Of a DNA stretch of 64,000 nucleotides, positions 41,201 through 54,300 are shown piece after piece (within the stretch, counting starts at the first letter, position 1; the number at the start of each line of letters is the position of its first letter). Under the pieces are notes generated by a model. That model was not told the origin of the DNA and searched no databases. It saw nothing but the letters and a program-made list of their open reading frames with translations. Position numbers and translations under genes: made by a program. This stretch comes from Gnetum montanum. Its lineage: Eukaryota; Plantae; Gnetophyta. Location of the stretch: positions 435,496-499,495 of the forward strand of contig MNCI01002657.1 in the NCBI GenBank assembly GCA_015680685.1, in the 5' to 3' direction.

Positions 41201-42700
41201 CCTTTTGACCCACCAGGTCTATACAGTAATGGGAATAGCGGGAGTTCAACCACCAGAATTGCTTCAAGTGTGACCTGTTTGAAAGGTTCTCTCCACTCCT
41301 TGTCTAGCCAACCCTTCACCCTAAACTAATTGTAGAAATTGGTGAACGTGCATGGGTAAGTACAGTATTCTCCCCCGCACTAACCAATCACGCCCACCTG
41401 TAGGCTCTTGACAGAAGCAAACTCCTGTAGGGCTAGTTGTGTCATAGCCAGTAGATCTAGTTGATCATGAACCCTGTCATCATCAATGTAGAACTTGGTG
41501 ACAATCACAAACTATTAGCATTCGGCTAGGTATAGCCGACATCGCACAATGAAGCAAAGAAAAGATGCAAAACTCACCCTCTAGCACAATAGATGGTCCC
41601 CTATGAGTTTTGAAAGTACGTTGCCATGTGACATGCGAGGTACAATGTGTTGTATGGGTGATAGCACTGGTATTTCGACATGTCCCAGATCTAGGCTAAA
41701 CACCTCAACCGTGTTGAGTGTTGGTTGGACCCCCCTCCCTACCTGCTCATGGTTGCCTCATCGGAAAGGTATCTTAGGATGCCCTGATTTGCCCCTGGCA
41801 GCATGGCCTTTATTATGTTGGATGCTTGTGTCTCATCTAAGGAAGACCAAACAATCACACTAAAGTGGTTGAGAAGGAATTGCAAGAAGTCTCATGCCCC
41901 TTCCCTGAACCAAACTGCTCGATCTCCCACACGTATCGGGGGAGGAGGAGCGTTGGCCATAGGTCTACTCACATGGCACAGGACCCCTCTAAGGTCCAAA
42001 ATGATCAGCCTAGACCTTGGCCCTACCCTGCACAATGTAATCAAAAAATGTTGGCATCACACTTGAACGCAATACACATGCAACATAGCAGCGTCTAGCA
42101 GTCCATAAATATAGCATAGCATAACCCTCTGTCCATACATAGCATAGCAAAGGTGTGAGAGCCTAGCATAGTGAAAAAATGCCAATAGCTCAGCATAGCA
42201 GTAAAAAAATTGGCGACATGCCCAAAAAAAACATGCATTGTGATGCCGCATCACACATGACCAAACCCTCCCAAGGGTTTTACGTTACGACATGCCAAGA
42301 TCAAACAACTTAAACTTCCCTAGCCCCACAGGCATGACAATCGCAATAGTAGTAGTCCTAGCGACGTTACAACGAAACCTTTGCACATCGGCCATGATCG
42401 AAAAAGATGCTATGATGATGCAAAGGCTAAAACAACGTGGCCACAGAAAACATAGATAGCAAAAAAAATAGGATGCAAAACTAGAGCAGAAAACAACAAA
42501 AGATGCAAAATGAAAAGAGCGAAGGAGGCATGAATACTTTATGGGTCAATGGTGTGCTCTCTCACATCGGAACTTGCACTTGGGGCATGCGTCTTAGGGC
42601 CTTTTTCACCTCCTCAATCTTCGTAAGCACCAAATGTGTCTTAGGAGCCATGGCCCTCCTTGCAAATTTATGACCTTCGCTGTAGAAATTCGTCTTGCTA
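38270..42700 (-). pseudogene. Antisense multi-exon accessory gene, copy D
   Basis: ORFs 41098, 40764, 40410, 39381, 38934 and 38695 are homologous to copy A; GT-AG introns at shared positions; TATA at 42803-42810. Confidence 0.82.
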
Positions 42701-43540
42701 ATTGATCAACACAACTGCTTCGCACTCCAAAATCGCTGTATGCTCAGATGAGGGTTCTGCGCTCTTACGGTGGAAACAACAAAATTACCTGGGTTTAACC
42801 TCTATTTATAGCCACAAGGGCAAGATGGGAAAACTTACCTCTTTCTCTCTCTAATTAATGTGAAGCACACCATGCAGCGTAGCATGCTCGCCACAACATC
42901 ATAACGCTATTAACATTTAAGCCTTGACACACTTCAAGCCAACTAACCTTCTCGAAGACAAAGAAAAAATATAATAATATTTGTTTTCGATTAAGGATCC
43001 AAAAAGACCTTAAACTAATGAGCCTAGCATAGTTGCGCTCCTCAAGGTCTGAAAAGACCCTAAAATAGTAGTTTTGACCCATTATGTTCACAGTCCGCAA
43101 CGACATTAAACTAACCATATCCTTACACCAGCAGCCGCCTCATCCTCTTTCACATAGGCAGTATCACATTTCCTAGTAGTTTCATGATTCCATTTTTGCA
43201 CTGGCAGTTCGATACTCCTTGTACTCGCAATTTCCTTTTATTATTATTATTATTATTATTATTTTGCATATCACGATTTTGCATGTTGCAATATGGTAGT
43301 ACGAGATGACACTAAACTAGTAGTTTGACATTCGTGTGTCAACAGTCACATGTTCCATTAACAATTCTACACTCTCGCACCTTGGCGGTCCACCACAACC
43401 TTAAACTAGCAAACTTTTAGTCTTTACATCATCTCACCTAGCAAGTTGCATCTCGGTGTTGCTTTACAGATTTACATTTCACACAATCTCTGATGATCCT
43501 TACCCAGGTTTTCATAATATGATGGCAGGTCAAGCAAGAG

Positions 43541-44110
43541 ATGGGAATCCATCGTGTCCTTTCCACACCTTTAATGTTAGCAGGGCCATAGGGCAAGCTC
43601 GTGAGACAGTTGAACCTCGACATGATCGACTGGAGGTCGACTATGATTAACACTATAGAAACCTTAGAAGAATCCCCAGATTGGCCCAGGCACCTGGTCC
43701 AAGCCCTGGATTTAGAGGTGGAGGATGTAATGGAGGATCCACTTATCCCAATACCTATGACCATGTCAAAAGGGGAGGTAAAGACGTTAAGACTCAGCTC
43801 CCTCCTAGACACACAAACACATGAAGGCATAGTTAAAACTTTGCAGGACCACATCGATGTCTTTGCATGGTCGTACAACGACATGCTAGGTCTGGATCCA
43901 TGGCTGATTCAGCGTAACATCGTCCTGGATCCACACGTAAAGGCAGTCAAGCAAAAGGCTCATAAAATTAAGCTAGAAATCACACTAGCCATGAGGGATG
44001 AAATCACTAAGTTATACCAAGCAGGTTTCATCTGTGTGGTCAACTATTCAGAGTGGGTGTTCAACATCATTGTAGTTTCAAATAAAATAGGAGGGATACA
44101 AATATGTATA
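43541..44110 (+). pseudogene. pol: pol N-terminus and RT start of D, interrupted by E
   Basis: DVFAWSYNDMLGLDP...VKQK...YSEWVFNIIVV..K.GGIQICI, then the E LTR. Confidence 0.9.
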
Positions 44111-45581
44111 TGAAACACCATAAAAATTTTGGCTAACACTTGTAGAAAGAAATTGAACTAAGTCATGACCAAGCTTGAAAGCCTCAAAAACAGCATCAAA
44201 CGGAGCAACAATTGAACAAGCAAGAGTTCTTCGAGATCCATTGGAGACTAAATCAACATCTAGCAATAAGAACTACAGGTTTCAAACTCAAACACTTTGT
44301 TTTGACTAAGTATACTTCTTGCACACAGGCTTGCATGCCCAATGTACAGCTCAACGTGCAACAACTTTTCAACTACAAAAATGAGTCAAAACATGTCAGA
44401 ATCGAGCATCTGGACCCCCCAGAACCTTCCCAAGGGTCCCCAACAACTCTTAGGTACTTGAAATTCAACTTTTGGGCTCCAAATGATGGGTTTTCATGCC
44501 TGCACACCCAGCGTGCATGCCCAGCATGTACCATCACAGACAGACCAAAACAGACACTCAGAGCATGATTTTCATAGCCAATAAACTCCCAGAGGTAGGT
44601 AAGCTATCAAGAATTATCTTGGGCTTCCAAAAATCAAGTTTTAATGTTGAAAAGTGGCACTTTCATGCTTGTATGCTGGACTGCATGCCCAGCGTGCAGC
44701 CCAACATGCACCACTTTGAATAGGGTTGATTAGGCATTTTATGCAATATTTTGACATGGAGTCAGCTCCCAAGGCATGGTCAATGAATCTACAAGTCCAA
44801 TGGCTCTATAAACATCAATTTTAGGCATCAAAAGGGTCATTTTTGGCCCTACAGGCCCAGCGTGTACACACTGGCACACCGCACACTTGTAATGTTCATT
44901 TTGTTGCACTTGGTCAACGCTCCACATGTCACCCGCTTCGAAATTCCAGCATCCCATAGCCAATCATCCCATCTCAGATCCAAGTTTAATGCCCAAACTT
45001 GTACAAAAACCTGGATTTTTGACTAGATAGGGGTTCGAAAAATTAAGGAATCTGGGGCAAAATAAATTTGGACAATTCATGCTGAGAACATCCAGAACAC
45101 CCATCCTATACGCTGGACTTTGACCCTGCATGCTAAGCATACAGCCTCTACGCTGTGCCTGTAGTTTAAACCGGCATACCATCACCCCTCCACATCCACC
45201 GGGGCTCTTTGTCCACCTTGTGCTAGATCCACAACTGTGTTTAGACCGGTGCATTGTAATTTTCATCATGCAATAATATTGCTGCATTTTGGCTACAATT
45301 TGCTACAGTTTTTGTTCGTTCTTGTTTACCTCTTGTTTACATCCTTACACATTTACATTCTAGTTTACATTTATTACACTGTTTACTCATAACCTAGCGT
45401 ATTGCACATTGGTATATGTTCAGGGAAATCCTTGTCTGATCCGCGTGCGGACCACTCAAGGTACTCTACCTTCGTCAGTTCCAGTTCACCCTCAAGCGAA
45501 GGTAGGATCTTCTATGTCTTTCTGTGGATCTCTCGGTGTCTTTTTCATTCCAGTCGGGCATCAATGATTTTAGACAGTATA
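44111..45581 (+). repeat. 5' LTR of E
   Basis: Direct repeat of 61519-62950; TATA ctataaa near 44806. Confidence 0.92.
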
Positions 45582-45586
45582 GAAAT

Positions 45587-45603
45587 TGGTGCTAGAAGGA
45601 GGG
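45587..45603 (+). promoter_or_regulatory. Primer binding site of E
   Basis: TGGTGCTAGAAGGAGGG. Confidence 0.85.
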
Positions 45604-45764
45604 CCTAAAACTATTTAAATCTACTCTGATCTCATACACCTGCCCCCTGTGCCTCTGATCTACCACTTGGTTTTCTCAGATTTACATTGCATCAACATTA
45701 AATCTAATTTTGTACCTCTCAAATCTATGTCCTGTTCTGTAGCATTCTTAGCATCTACATGCTG

Positions 45765-46290
45765 CCTAACGTACTTACACGCTGTAGACCTTGTCTACAC
45801 GCTGACCAACGTACCTACACGTTGTAGACCCTGTCTACACACTGCCCAACGTACCTGCATGCTATAAACCCTATCTACACATTGCCCAACATACCTGCAT
45901 GCTGTAGACCCTGTCTACATGCTGTGACCGCTTGCAACACACTGACCACTCTGGCTTTACATTGATAGTTGTAGTCTACGTGCCGTGACCTCAGTTTACA
46001 TGCTGTGACCAGTTTCTGTACGCTGGTCGTTGAAGCCTGTACGCTAGGATCCAGTCCACATGCTGTGTAAATAGGCTGCATGTTGCCAACTTACCTGCAT
46101 GCTGTAGACCCTGTCTACATGCTGCAACCACTTGCAACACGCTGACCACTCTAGCTTTACGCTAACAGTTGCAGTTTGCACGCTGTGACCCCAGTTTGCA
46201 CGTTGTGACCAGTTTCTGTACGCTAGTCGTTGAGGCCTATACGTTGGGATCCAGTCCATACGCTGTGTAAACAGGCTGTGCACTGCTAAT
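45765..46290 (+). repeat. E leader repeats: ~39-bp units with a TGTAGAC-cct-GTCTACA palindrome, plus a ~200-bp duplication
   Basis: Four tandem units at 45765-45925; 45893-46080 is repeated at 46093-46280. Confidence 0.85.
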
Positions 46291-46383
46291 TTAGGTGTAC
46301 ACTGATAAGTATACCCATTTCATACTTGGCCATATCCTCACCTGTACACCCTAACATTGTCTCCCATCCACCTAGTTACACTT

Positions 46384-49300
46384 ATGACCTTTTCATCATG
46401 AATATTGCCAACACCAACCTTTCAACCAAATCCATTCCAGGCACCATTGGCCCCACGATGATGCCGATACCCATTATGCAACCCATAGGGACCCACGGTG
46501 AGGTCAATCCCTGGGGAGGACCTCACCTATCTCTCAGAATGCAAGGGAAGAGTCCATCATTCAATGCCATAACATAGGAACAGTATAACTTTATATGCAT
46601 GAAGATACAAGCTAGCCTAGTAGTAGATCAAACTGAGCTGGAGGCTAAGAAATAGTATGAACTGATTCATAAGGGAGGACATGAGTTCATCCCCTCCCCA
46701 TATGACATCATCCCTCTTCCAGAGCATTATTCTGAGCTCATCTTACAACTCCTCCTGGTAAAGAGCCAATCTCTAGACTAGTCCATAGCAAATCCTCAAT
46801 TAGAGGAAGAGGATGACTTTGCAACTCAGTCCGAACATGAGGATTCATATCATACTCTTAGTCCGCACACATACGTGAACCCGTTATTTCATCCCTTCAC
46901 GGGGGATACTATGTCTCTCCATTCATTTAAAACCACTCAAGCACATGTGCCTCAACAGGAACCATTCACTCTTGTTCCCACTCTCCTAGTGACCGATACC
47001 CAATTCAATATACCCATCACCACTATTCCTCCCATTACCACGTCACCCCCTTTCTTACAAATACAACCCCAACAACACCCCCCTCAAACTAATGCGAGAG
47101 TAACTTTTCCACCCTGAGTGATTGGGATGCCGTATGTGATACCAATTTCTACATCCGTGCACTATATACCACGGATCCAAACTCAAGGAGCACCCTTCAC
47201 CACTTCAACTCAACAAGTTCAACTTGTGTTCCCCCACAAAATATGATCGGGCAGTGGGCTGCAACTAGTATGCAACTGCATCAACCCCCTCACTACAACA
47301 TACCACCTCCTACAGTTCCAGCCATGAACATCCCTCAAGTACAACAACAACAACAACAACAACCCTTTCCTTATAGTATGCTACCCTTAGTAGCACCTAC
47401 CATGAATATTCCACAAGTGCAACCTACAACCACTCAACTCTCCTCTTTCCAGCCCACTGTGCAATAATCTAACTTGTATACGACACAACATAATCAATCT
47501 ACTATCTTGCCTAATGCCCAAGATTGGGTTGAAGCTAAAAAACTGATGCAAGAGCTAACTGATGAGGTCAAGCGCCTCAAAACAGCTACCGACGAAGAGC
47601 TTAAGATAGTAGATTTCTATCAAGATGACCCTATAAGCTCTTCGATTCCACCTTTAACATTACCTAAAGGTGTTTCCCTACCCATGTTAACCAAATACAA
47701 TGGGGAAACAGACCCCAACTCCCATCTTGTAACGTTCAGACTAGAGTGCGTGTTGCTTTAGGCATGGCCACATGCCATCTTGCGAGTGTTCCCTATGTCC
47801 CTCACAGTGAGAGCACTTGACTGGTATCAGGCTTTACCCTGAAACTCCATAGCTTCTTTGGAAGATTTATTACACCATTTCATTACCAGGTTCAAGTATA
47901 GCTTGAAGATTGAAGCAAAACTTGACAGCCTCATACAGGTTAAGCAAGCACCGCTTGAACTTGTTCAAAAATTTATTCAATGGTGGAGTGCTACCCTCAA
48001 TGAGCTCCATGAGCCAATTCTGGAGACTTATCTCCTCACTATTGTAAAGGGGGCCATTAATGATTTTGTAAAGTCCAAACTATACTATCTTAATGCACGC
48101 ACTCTTAGCCAAGCATTTGTACAAATAAATAATATTGAAGAAGCTGCGCAAAACAATCATGATCCAGCCTATTCAACCTTTAGAAACCAACATAATAAGA
48201 AAGACAAAGAAAAGGCTAAGAAAACTATAGTAGTAGTGGCAGAAACACAACAAACGAGCACGAGACAACAAGACAAACCGCTTGCTACCCCTGCTAACTA
48301 TACTAGACCAGCTCCTGCCACTCCACCTGAACCTTCTACATCACAAACTGCTACAACAGGTCATGCCCAAAACTTTGAGAGGAAAGATCCCTCTCAATAC
48401 ACACCACTGCCTGCTAAACCTTCTCAACTATTTGACCAAATTTTGAAGGATGGAATGATGAAACACAAGCAGATGTCTCCTGCAGCTATTCAAAGACATG
48501 ATCGATTCTGTGAATTGGTCAAGAATCTAGGCTTGGCCACACCTAACGAGCCTCCTATCCCAAAAGGCTTTAGGCTTGATAGGTATTGTGAGTACCATCA
48601 ATGTAATGGACATGGTACCAACTTTTGTTTTTTCCTGAAAAAAGACATTCAACGAATGATAGATAGGGGTAAAATAACTTTCAATGAGTCCAACCCAGTC
48701 CAACTGCAAAACCAATCCATGGTTGTATATAAGGACTCACTAAATACTAAGGAAGCACCATACATAATTAATACTATCTACTTAGATAACAAACAAGAAG
48801 CACCTCGGATTAACATCCTTTATTTAGATAATGAACAGAAAACACATAGAAGACCCTTTGTAGTTTGTATCCCTCCTACTGCACAAAAATCCACACCTCA
48901 ATCATCATATCCTCAATATAACCTGCCTACCCTGCAAAGACCCTATGCCATCCGGATACCCCCCGTAGTGGCAGCCTCTACCGTACCACCAAAAGACAAA
49001 CCATACGTAGTGCGTGTACCTCCTACCGTTACAACCTCAAACACACAACCTCTTACCCAGTCCCCTCCCTATGTAGTCCGGGTGCCACCCACAGTTGCAA
49101 CTACGGAGGCACAGCCCCCAACTAGACTAACTTCATATGTTATCAGGATACCCAAACATCCTGATAACCACCAAGCTTCCACTCTACAAACATAGAATAG
49201 ATTGACCCCATATGTTGTTAGGATGCCTAGGCAGCTTGACACTCAACCACCTTCAACCATCCAACCATAACCCCGTCCTTCTCCATATGTCATACGGGTT

Positions 49301-50666
49301 CCAAAGCAACTCGATGTTTAGAAACCAAATGTTCCCCGCGCCACACGCGAGAACGCCTGGAGGACAAGCTCAGACGAGAATGATTGGAGAAAGAACGTCA
49401 ATAGCTTGCCTTAGGATTCCCCAAGCCTACTCCATTAAGTACAGTACCCATGACATCACCTAATAATGAACGAAACACGAGCTATAATGGAGAATCATCA
49501 GGAATACATGATGTATCTAGATCAACAGCTACGGAAGAAAACATCAAACCAGCTACACATGAGATAAAACTGCTGGGCCCAATGGACCAAGTAACCACTA
49601 ACAAGCATACACCTAATAGTAAAGATTTAGCAACAGCCCTAACACAGGTCATGCAAGCACTTAAACAGAAAAACACTTCATTAAGCCTATATGACTTGAT
49701 GTTAACTTCTCAAACTCATTGTGAAGCCCTAGTACGCATGTTGACATCAATCCCGGTAAGTGAAGACTTACCTCCAAATGAACCATCAATTCATGTAGTA
49801 ATGTATTCGCTTCAAGGATCGACTTCTAAATCACTAGGCTTCCACACTAACAACATCAAAATTGATGAGAAAACAAGAGAAGTGACAATCGCACCTATGT
49901 TCATAACGATACAAGTAAATCAATTCAAAATACATCGAGTGCATGTAGATGATGGAGCTACCGCAAACGTAGTACCTTATCCCATCATTGAACATTAAGG
50001 CTTACGAAACTAATTAGACCAACCTCCACTACATGTTTAAAATTGTTTAGCGGATCACGCATAGTAGTAAAAGGCACCATAACTTTGGACTTTAGAGCAG
50101 GGGACCAGTTTCCCACATCTGCTAACTTTGTTGTCATCGACGAAATGCCAGGGTTCAACTGAATATTAGGAAGACCCTTGCTGGCCCAACTAAGAGCAGT
50201 CTCTTCCCCCATACACCAAGAGATTCACCTACCTTATGAAGGTGGTGAAATTGTTATACACGGGGAGGCTACTACACCTACCATCTCGTCACATACAGAT
50301 ACAAATTAGGGCTCAGAGGTTAAGTTTGAAGAGCCTAAAAAGGATGACACAAAGGAAAAACAAAGTTGCATGCAACCAATAGACAATGATCCATCAGATG
50401 CAAAAGAAACTTCACCTAGCACAGAAACACCCGAACCTGAAACGGTACATATACCGCCTAACCTAGAAACTACAACAAACATCGAAACTACTAAACATAC
50501 ATAAACACTAGAAGATGCCAACATAGAGCCTATTCCATCAGACGTCCCTTGGGCTGAATTACCGTTCAACGTGATCAGCGAAGGGGACGCTGAGTACAGA
50601 ATCATACCTTCTAGCGTCACTCCTAACATTAAATTAAGAAAAATCAAAAAATTGCTAAAATGTTAA
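46384..50666 (+). pseudogene. gag: gag-protease of E
   Basis: ORFs 47474, 47858 (YCEYHQCNGHGTNFC) and 49450 (HVDDGATANVVP); ILGRP. Confidence 0.92.
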
Positions 50667-50674
50667 ACTACATT

Positions 50675-50897
50675 CTTCGTCTAAAATGACGTTAAACTAT
50701 CACATGTCCGCAACGACATAAAACTAGCTACGACCAAAAATGGAACGATTTACCAAGAAATCCATCAATATCACTTGAAACTTCTTGTGTTTACACTTGG
50801 CCTAAAATGGCCCTAAACTAGAACATCAAGACTACAGTCTATCATGACTTTAAACTGACACACACGTGCACATGGCCCGAAATGGCCTTAAACTAGA
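50675..50897 (+). repeat. Five hairpin-TAAACT units directly after gag-PR (E)
   Basis: CGTC/GACG 50678, TGTC/GACA 50705, GGCC/GGCC 50799, AGTC/GACT 50836, GGCC/GGCC ~50874; all have 6-nt loops. Confidence 0.85.
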
Positions 50898-51329
50898 GCA
50901 TTTTTCTTATATTTTTTTCTCTCAATTCAAGTTCACTGTTTGAATTTATGCCTACATTGTTGCATTATCAGTTACAGTTTTCCTTCGCATTTCGCTTTTA
51001 CATGATTATGATTCAATTACAATTACATTCCTACATGCATTCCTACTTCATGCATTACACTTAAACAACAAAATGAACAAAAAAATTTTACACTGCTGCA
51101 TCATGTTTACATTTAAACAGCCAAAAGAACAAAAATATTTTCACTTCAAATCTACGCTTATCAGTGTTCAAAAAAACGCAAAATTCAAACAAAGAAAAAT
51201 GAATAATAGAAAACTTAACCAAAAAATTGTTTAAATGTATCAAAGTCAAATTAAAACTTAGCATCGTGTCCCCACATGATACATACATCACATACATAAT
51301 CATTTTAACAAAAAAAACATCAAATCGAA

Positions 51330-54300
51330 ACTAGGTATCAAATCTAGGAGGAGCTTGATCTTTAGACTCCTTCGCATCATCCTGCCCCACTCTGCTAGGA
51401 CCACCTTCTTGGCCACCGTCATCCTCATGATTTTGTAAAAGGTAAAAGAAAATAATTAACAAAGAAAGATGACATTTTTTGCTAGAAAATAATAAAAAAA
51501 ATTGACGAGTCTAAACAACTTACCAAAGAAGACCCTCGTAGACCAAACTCCAGCTGATGAAGGATTTCCTCTTCAGGGACACTTGCCCAGTCAGTTCCAT
51601 CAAGACCCAGATCAACGTCGGCTAAGGCCTTCCCTTTGTCCACTGCAGACCAAGTGGGACGTTTAAGAGGAAACATGCCCATAGAAACCTCCCCATAAGT
51701 AGTAGTGATAACCCTCTTGGGAGACTCCATCTCTACCATAGCGTTCTTAGCAAACACATCAAATGAAGATCTTAAGCCTAAACCATCTACAAACATCTCC
51801 AGTTGATGCTTCTCTATCGATTGTTCCTTCAATGATTTTTTATAATGATACTTATGCATCTTTTCATCTTGACCCCATTTCCGTACCTTAGATGCAAAAT
51901 CTTTCCAATCCTAACATTTGAGATTCAGCAAATCAATTTGCGCCTTCNTAAATTCCAATACCTAGTATAAGTAATCTCAAAGGTTCACCAAGAATAATCA
52001 CCCATCAACCTCGCCAAGGTAAACTCATAGCGTGATTTAAAATCATCTCGTTTTGCCGTTAGCCTGGTAGTCTCCTTTTCCCCCACTTGAATTTGCAACC
52101 ATAGTTTCTCGATGGAACGCCTACAAGTCCAAAGAGACTTAGCATTCTGCACAACACATTCTGCCATCTCATCATAGATCTGTCTTGGCACTTGCTCAAT
52201 CTTTGGTGGTAGTGCAGGTAGACTATCAATGCAAGTGGCCTTAGATGGATCTGACTTTAGCTTAGTCCCTATCCACGTGAGAAGAACATGCATTAGACAT
52301 TGGATGATGGAAACGGATGTGAAAACCGAAGGACACAAAATGCTTAAGACATATATACCTATTTCAGGGTGAGCTTGTTGGATGCGATTGACTACCTCAT
52401 CAATAATACCAAGGACAAAATCCATTTTACTGGGCATTTCAATCCAAGTAAATGGTTCATGTGTAGGAGATGGGTCAACTTCGGTGGTCATTTCCATAGG
52501 AGTCTTCATCATAGGTATTTCCAAACAGACATTAGGATTTGTCCTAGCTTCAACATTTTTACCTAGTAGCAGTAAAAACATAAAATTAAAAATTTGAATA
52601 ATAGAAAGAACAATTCATGAGCTGAATAAACATAATAAGGAGAACATACCGGAATCTCTGTCCTCTTCCAGATTTAGGGGATCAGTAAGGTCTAACCTTC
52701 CTCCGAAGAAACCATCAATCATCTCGTTGACTGCATCCTGATCATCAATGTGACCCTTTTTTGTGGTGTCTCCCTCCCACTCTTTCACTTCTTCAGTTAG
52801 AGGGGTAGGGACTTCCATCTCGTTGTTGCACGCTTCATCCTCCTGATCCAAATTCGTTGGGACTTCTTCCTCCTCGACAATCGGTGTCAACACCTCCCTT
52901 CTTACTTTAGGAGTTGACTCTGATGACATTCATAAGTTCAAGAATCAGCTTCAGATAAATGGCCAGAAAATAATAATGATAATAAAATAAGGATAAATGA
53001 GTGAATCAAGCTTACTTACCACGTGCTATCATTTTAAACCGTATGTGTTTCACCTTCGGTTCATCTACAGTTGGAGCCACCTCTCTAGAGCGCTTAGGTT
53101 GTTGGACCTTGGACTTGGCCTTCCCGATTGTTTCCTTGATTACTTGATTAGCTCTCCTAGTAGTATAGGGCACATCACTTGGTTCCAACCCTATGTTTTC
53201 ACGCGTATGAATTGAATGGCCAGATGACCCCTTCGTTGTAACAGAAATCGATTCGTCAATCCCCTTGGGAGCATCCTGAGATCTTGTCACCTTAAATAAG
53301 TGGTGAATCCATGGGTGAGATAGTTGCCCATGATCCCTTAACACGTACTTGTTGTCCATGCAAACAACTAGAAATTCAGCCAGCCGGCGCAAGTAAGCGG
53401 TGAAGAATGCAAAGGTGAAATGGGACTACGCTTCAATGTTCGAACGCAACCTCACTATCTCCCCATGGAAACCTAAAAGTAAGAACTGTGCCCAATTATA
53501 GCGTACCCCAATCTCCAAAATCGTGCACATGATACGCACAGATTCTACCCCAAATGTCCTCACTTGGGACAGGGACTTGGGAAACACTCGCGCTCTGAAC
53601 AGGGGGTACAACTCATTGACTTCGGTCACTTTTGATTTTCCTTGCATAGGGAATCCCTTAGCACCTTTAAGAATGCCCAACCAGTCCTCCAATTCACGAA
53701 CCACATGGATCTCCTTCTACGCTCTATCCAAACTCACTTTAGTCCCAGCTGCTAGTACACCAAAGAAGTCTGAAAAGAACTCTGCTGACAGATGGAAGGC
53801 CACTTTGATTCCCTTGACGCGAGTACTATAGCAAGTAACCACTTCGTTGAAAGAATCAACGATCGTAATCATATCAGTCACAGAGAGATCGAGACTTGGG
53901 GCCGTAAATAACTCCATGAGGCCAGCATCGCACAGACAACTGATGATATGTGATGGTGCCTTATCATGCAGCCATCGTTGTGCATCACTGATCTCCCTGA
54001 ATTTCATGGCTAAGGTGCTCTCAGTTTGCCCAGCTGTGATGGTGACTCCGTCCAGTGGAACACCCATTGTATGCATAAGGTAACACTATGGAGTCAATAT
54101 AACCTATGATATATCAAGCAAACGTTAAGCCTCAAAAATACCATTACTTACTATCAGATAATGGATTAGGGTCATTAAAAGTCAAATCAGCATCACATGG
54201 GAAAATTGGCCCATTACGGGACCAATCCCCATGTAGCCACCCCTGAGCCTCACATTGTGCAAATGCCCTGGAATATCATTTGTGAAAATGAACAATTGCA

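Noticed and set aside
38270-42700. Accessory gene as a host gene or an independently inserted DNA transposon
   Set aside because: Same position and orientation in five divergent elements, divergence follows LTR subfamily, and I found no TIRs, TSDs or DDE motif
50675-50897. Hairpin units as hammerhead ribozymes or tRNA fragments
   Set aside because: No CUGANGA/GAAA core and no cloverleaf or T-loop visible
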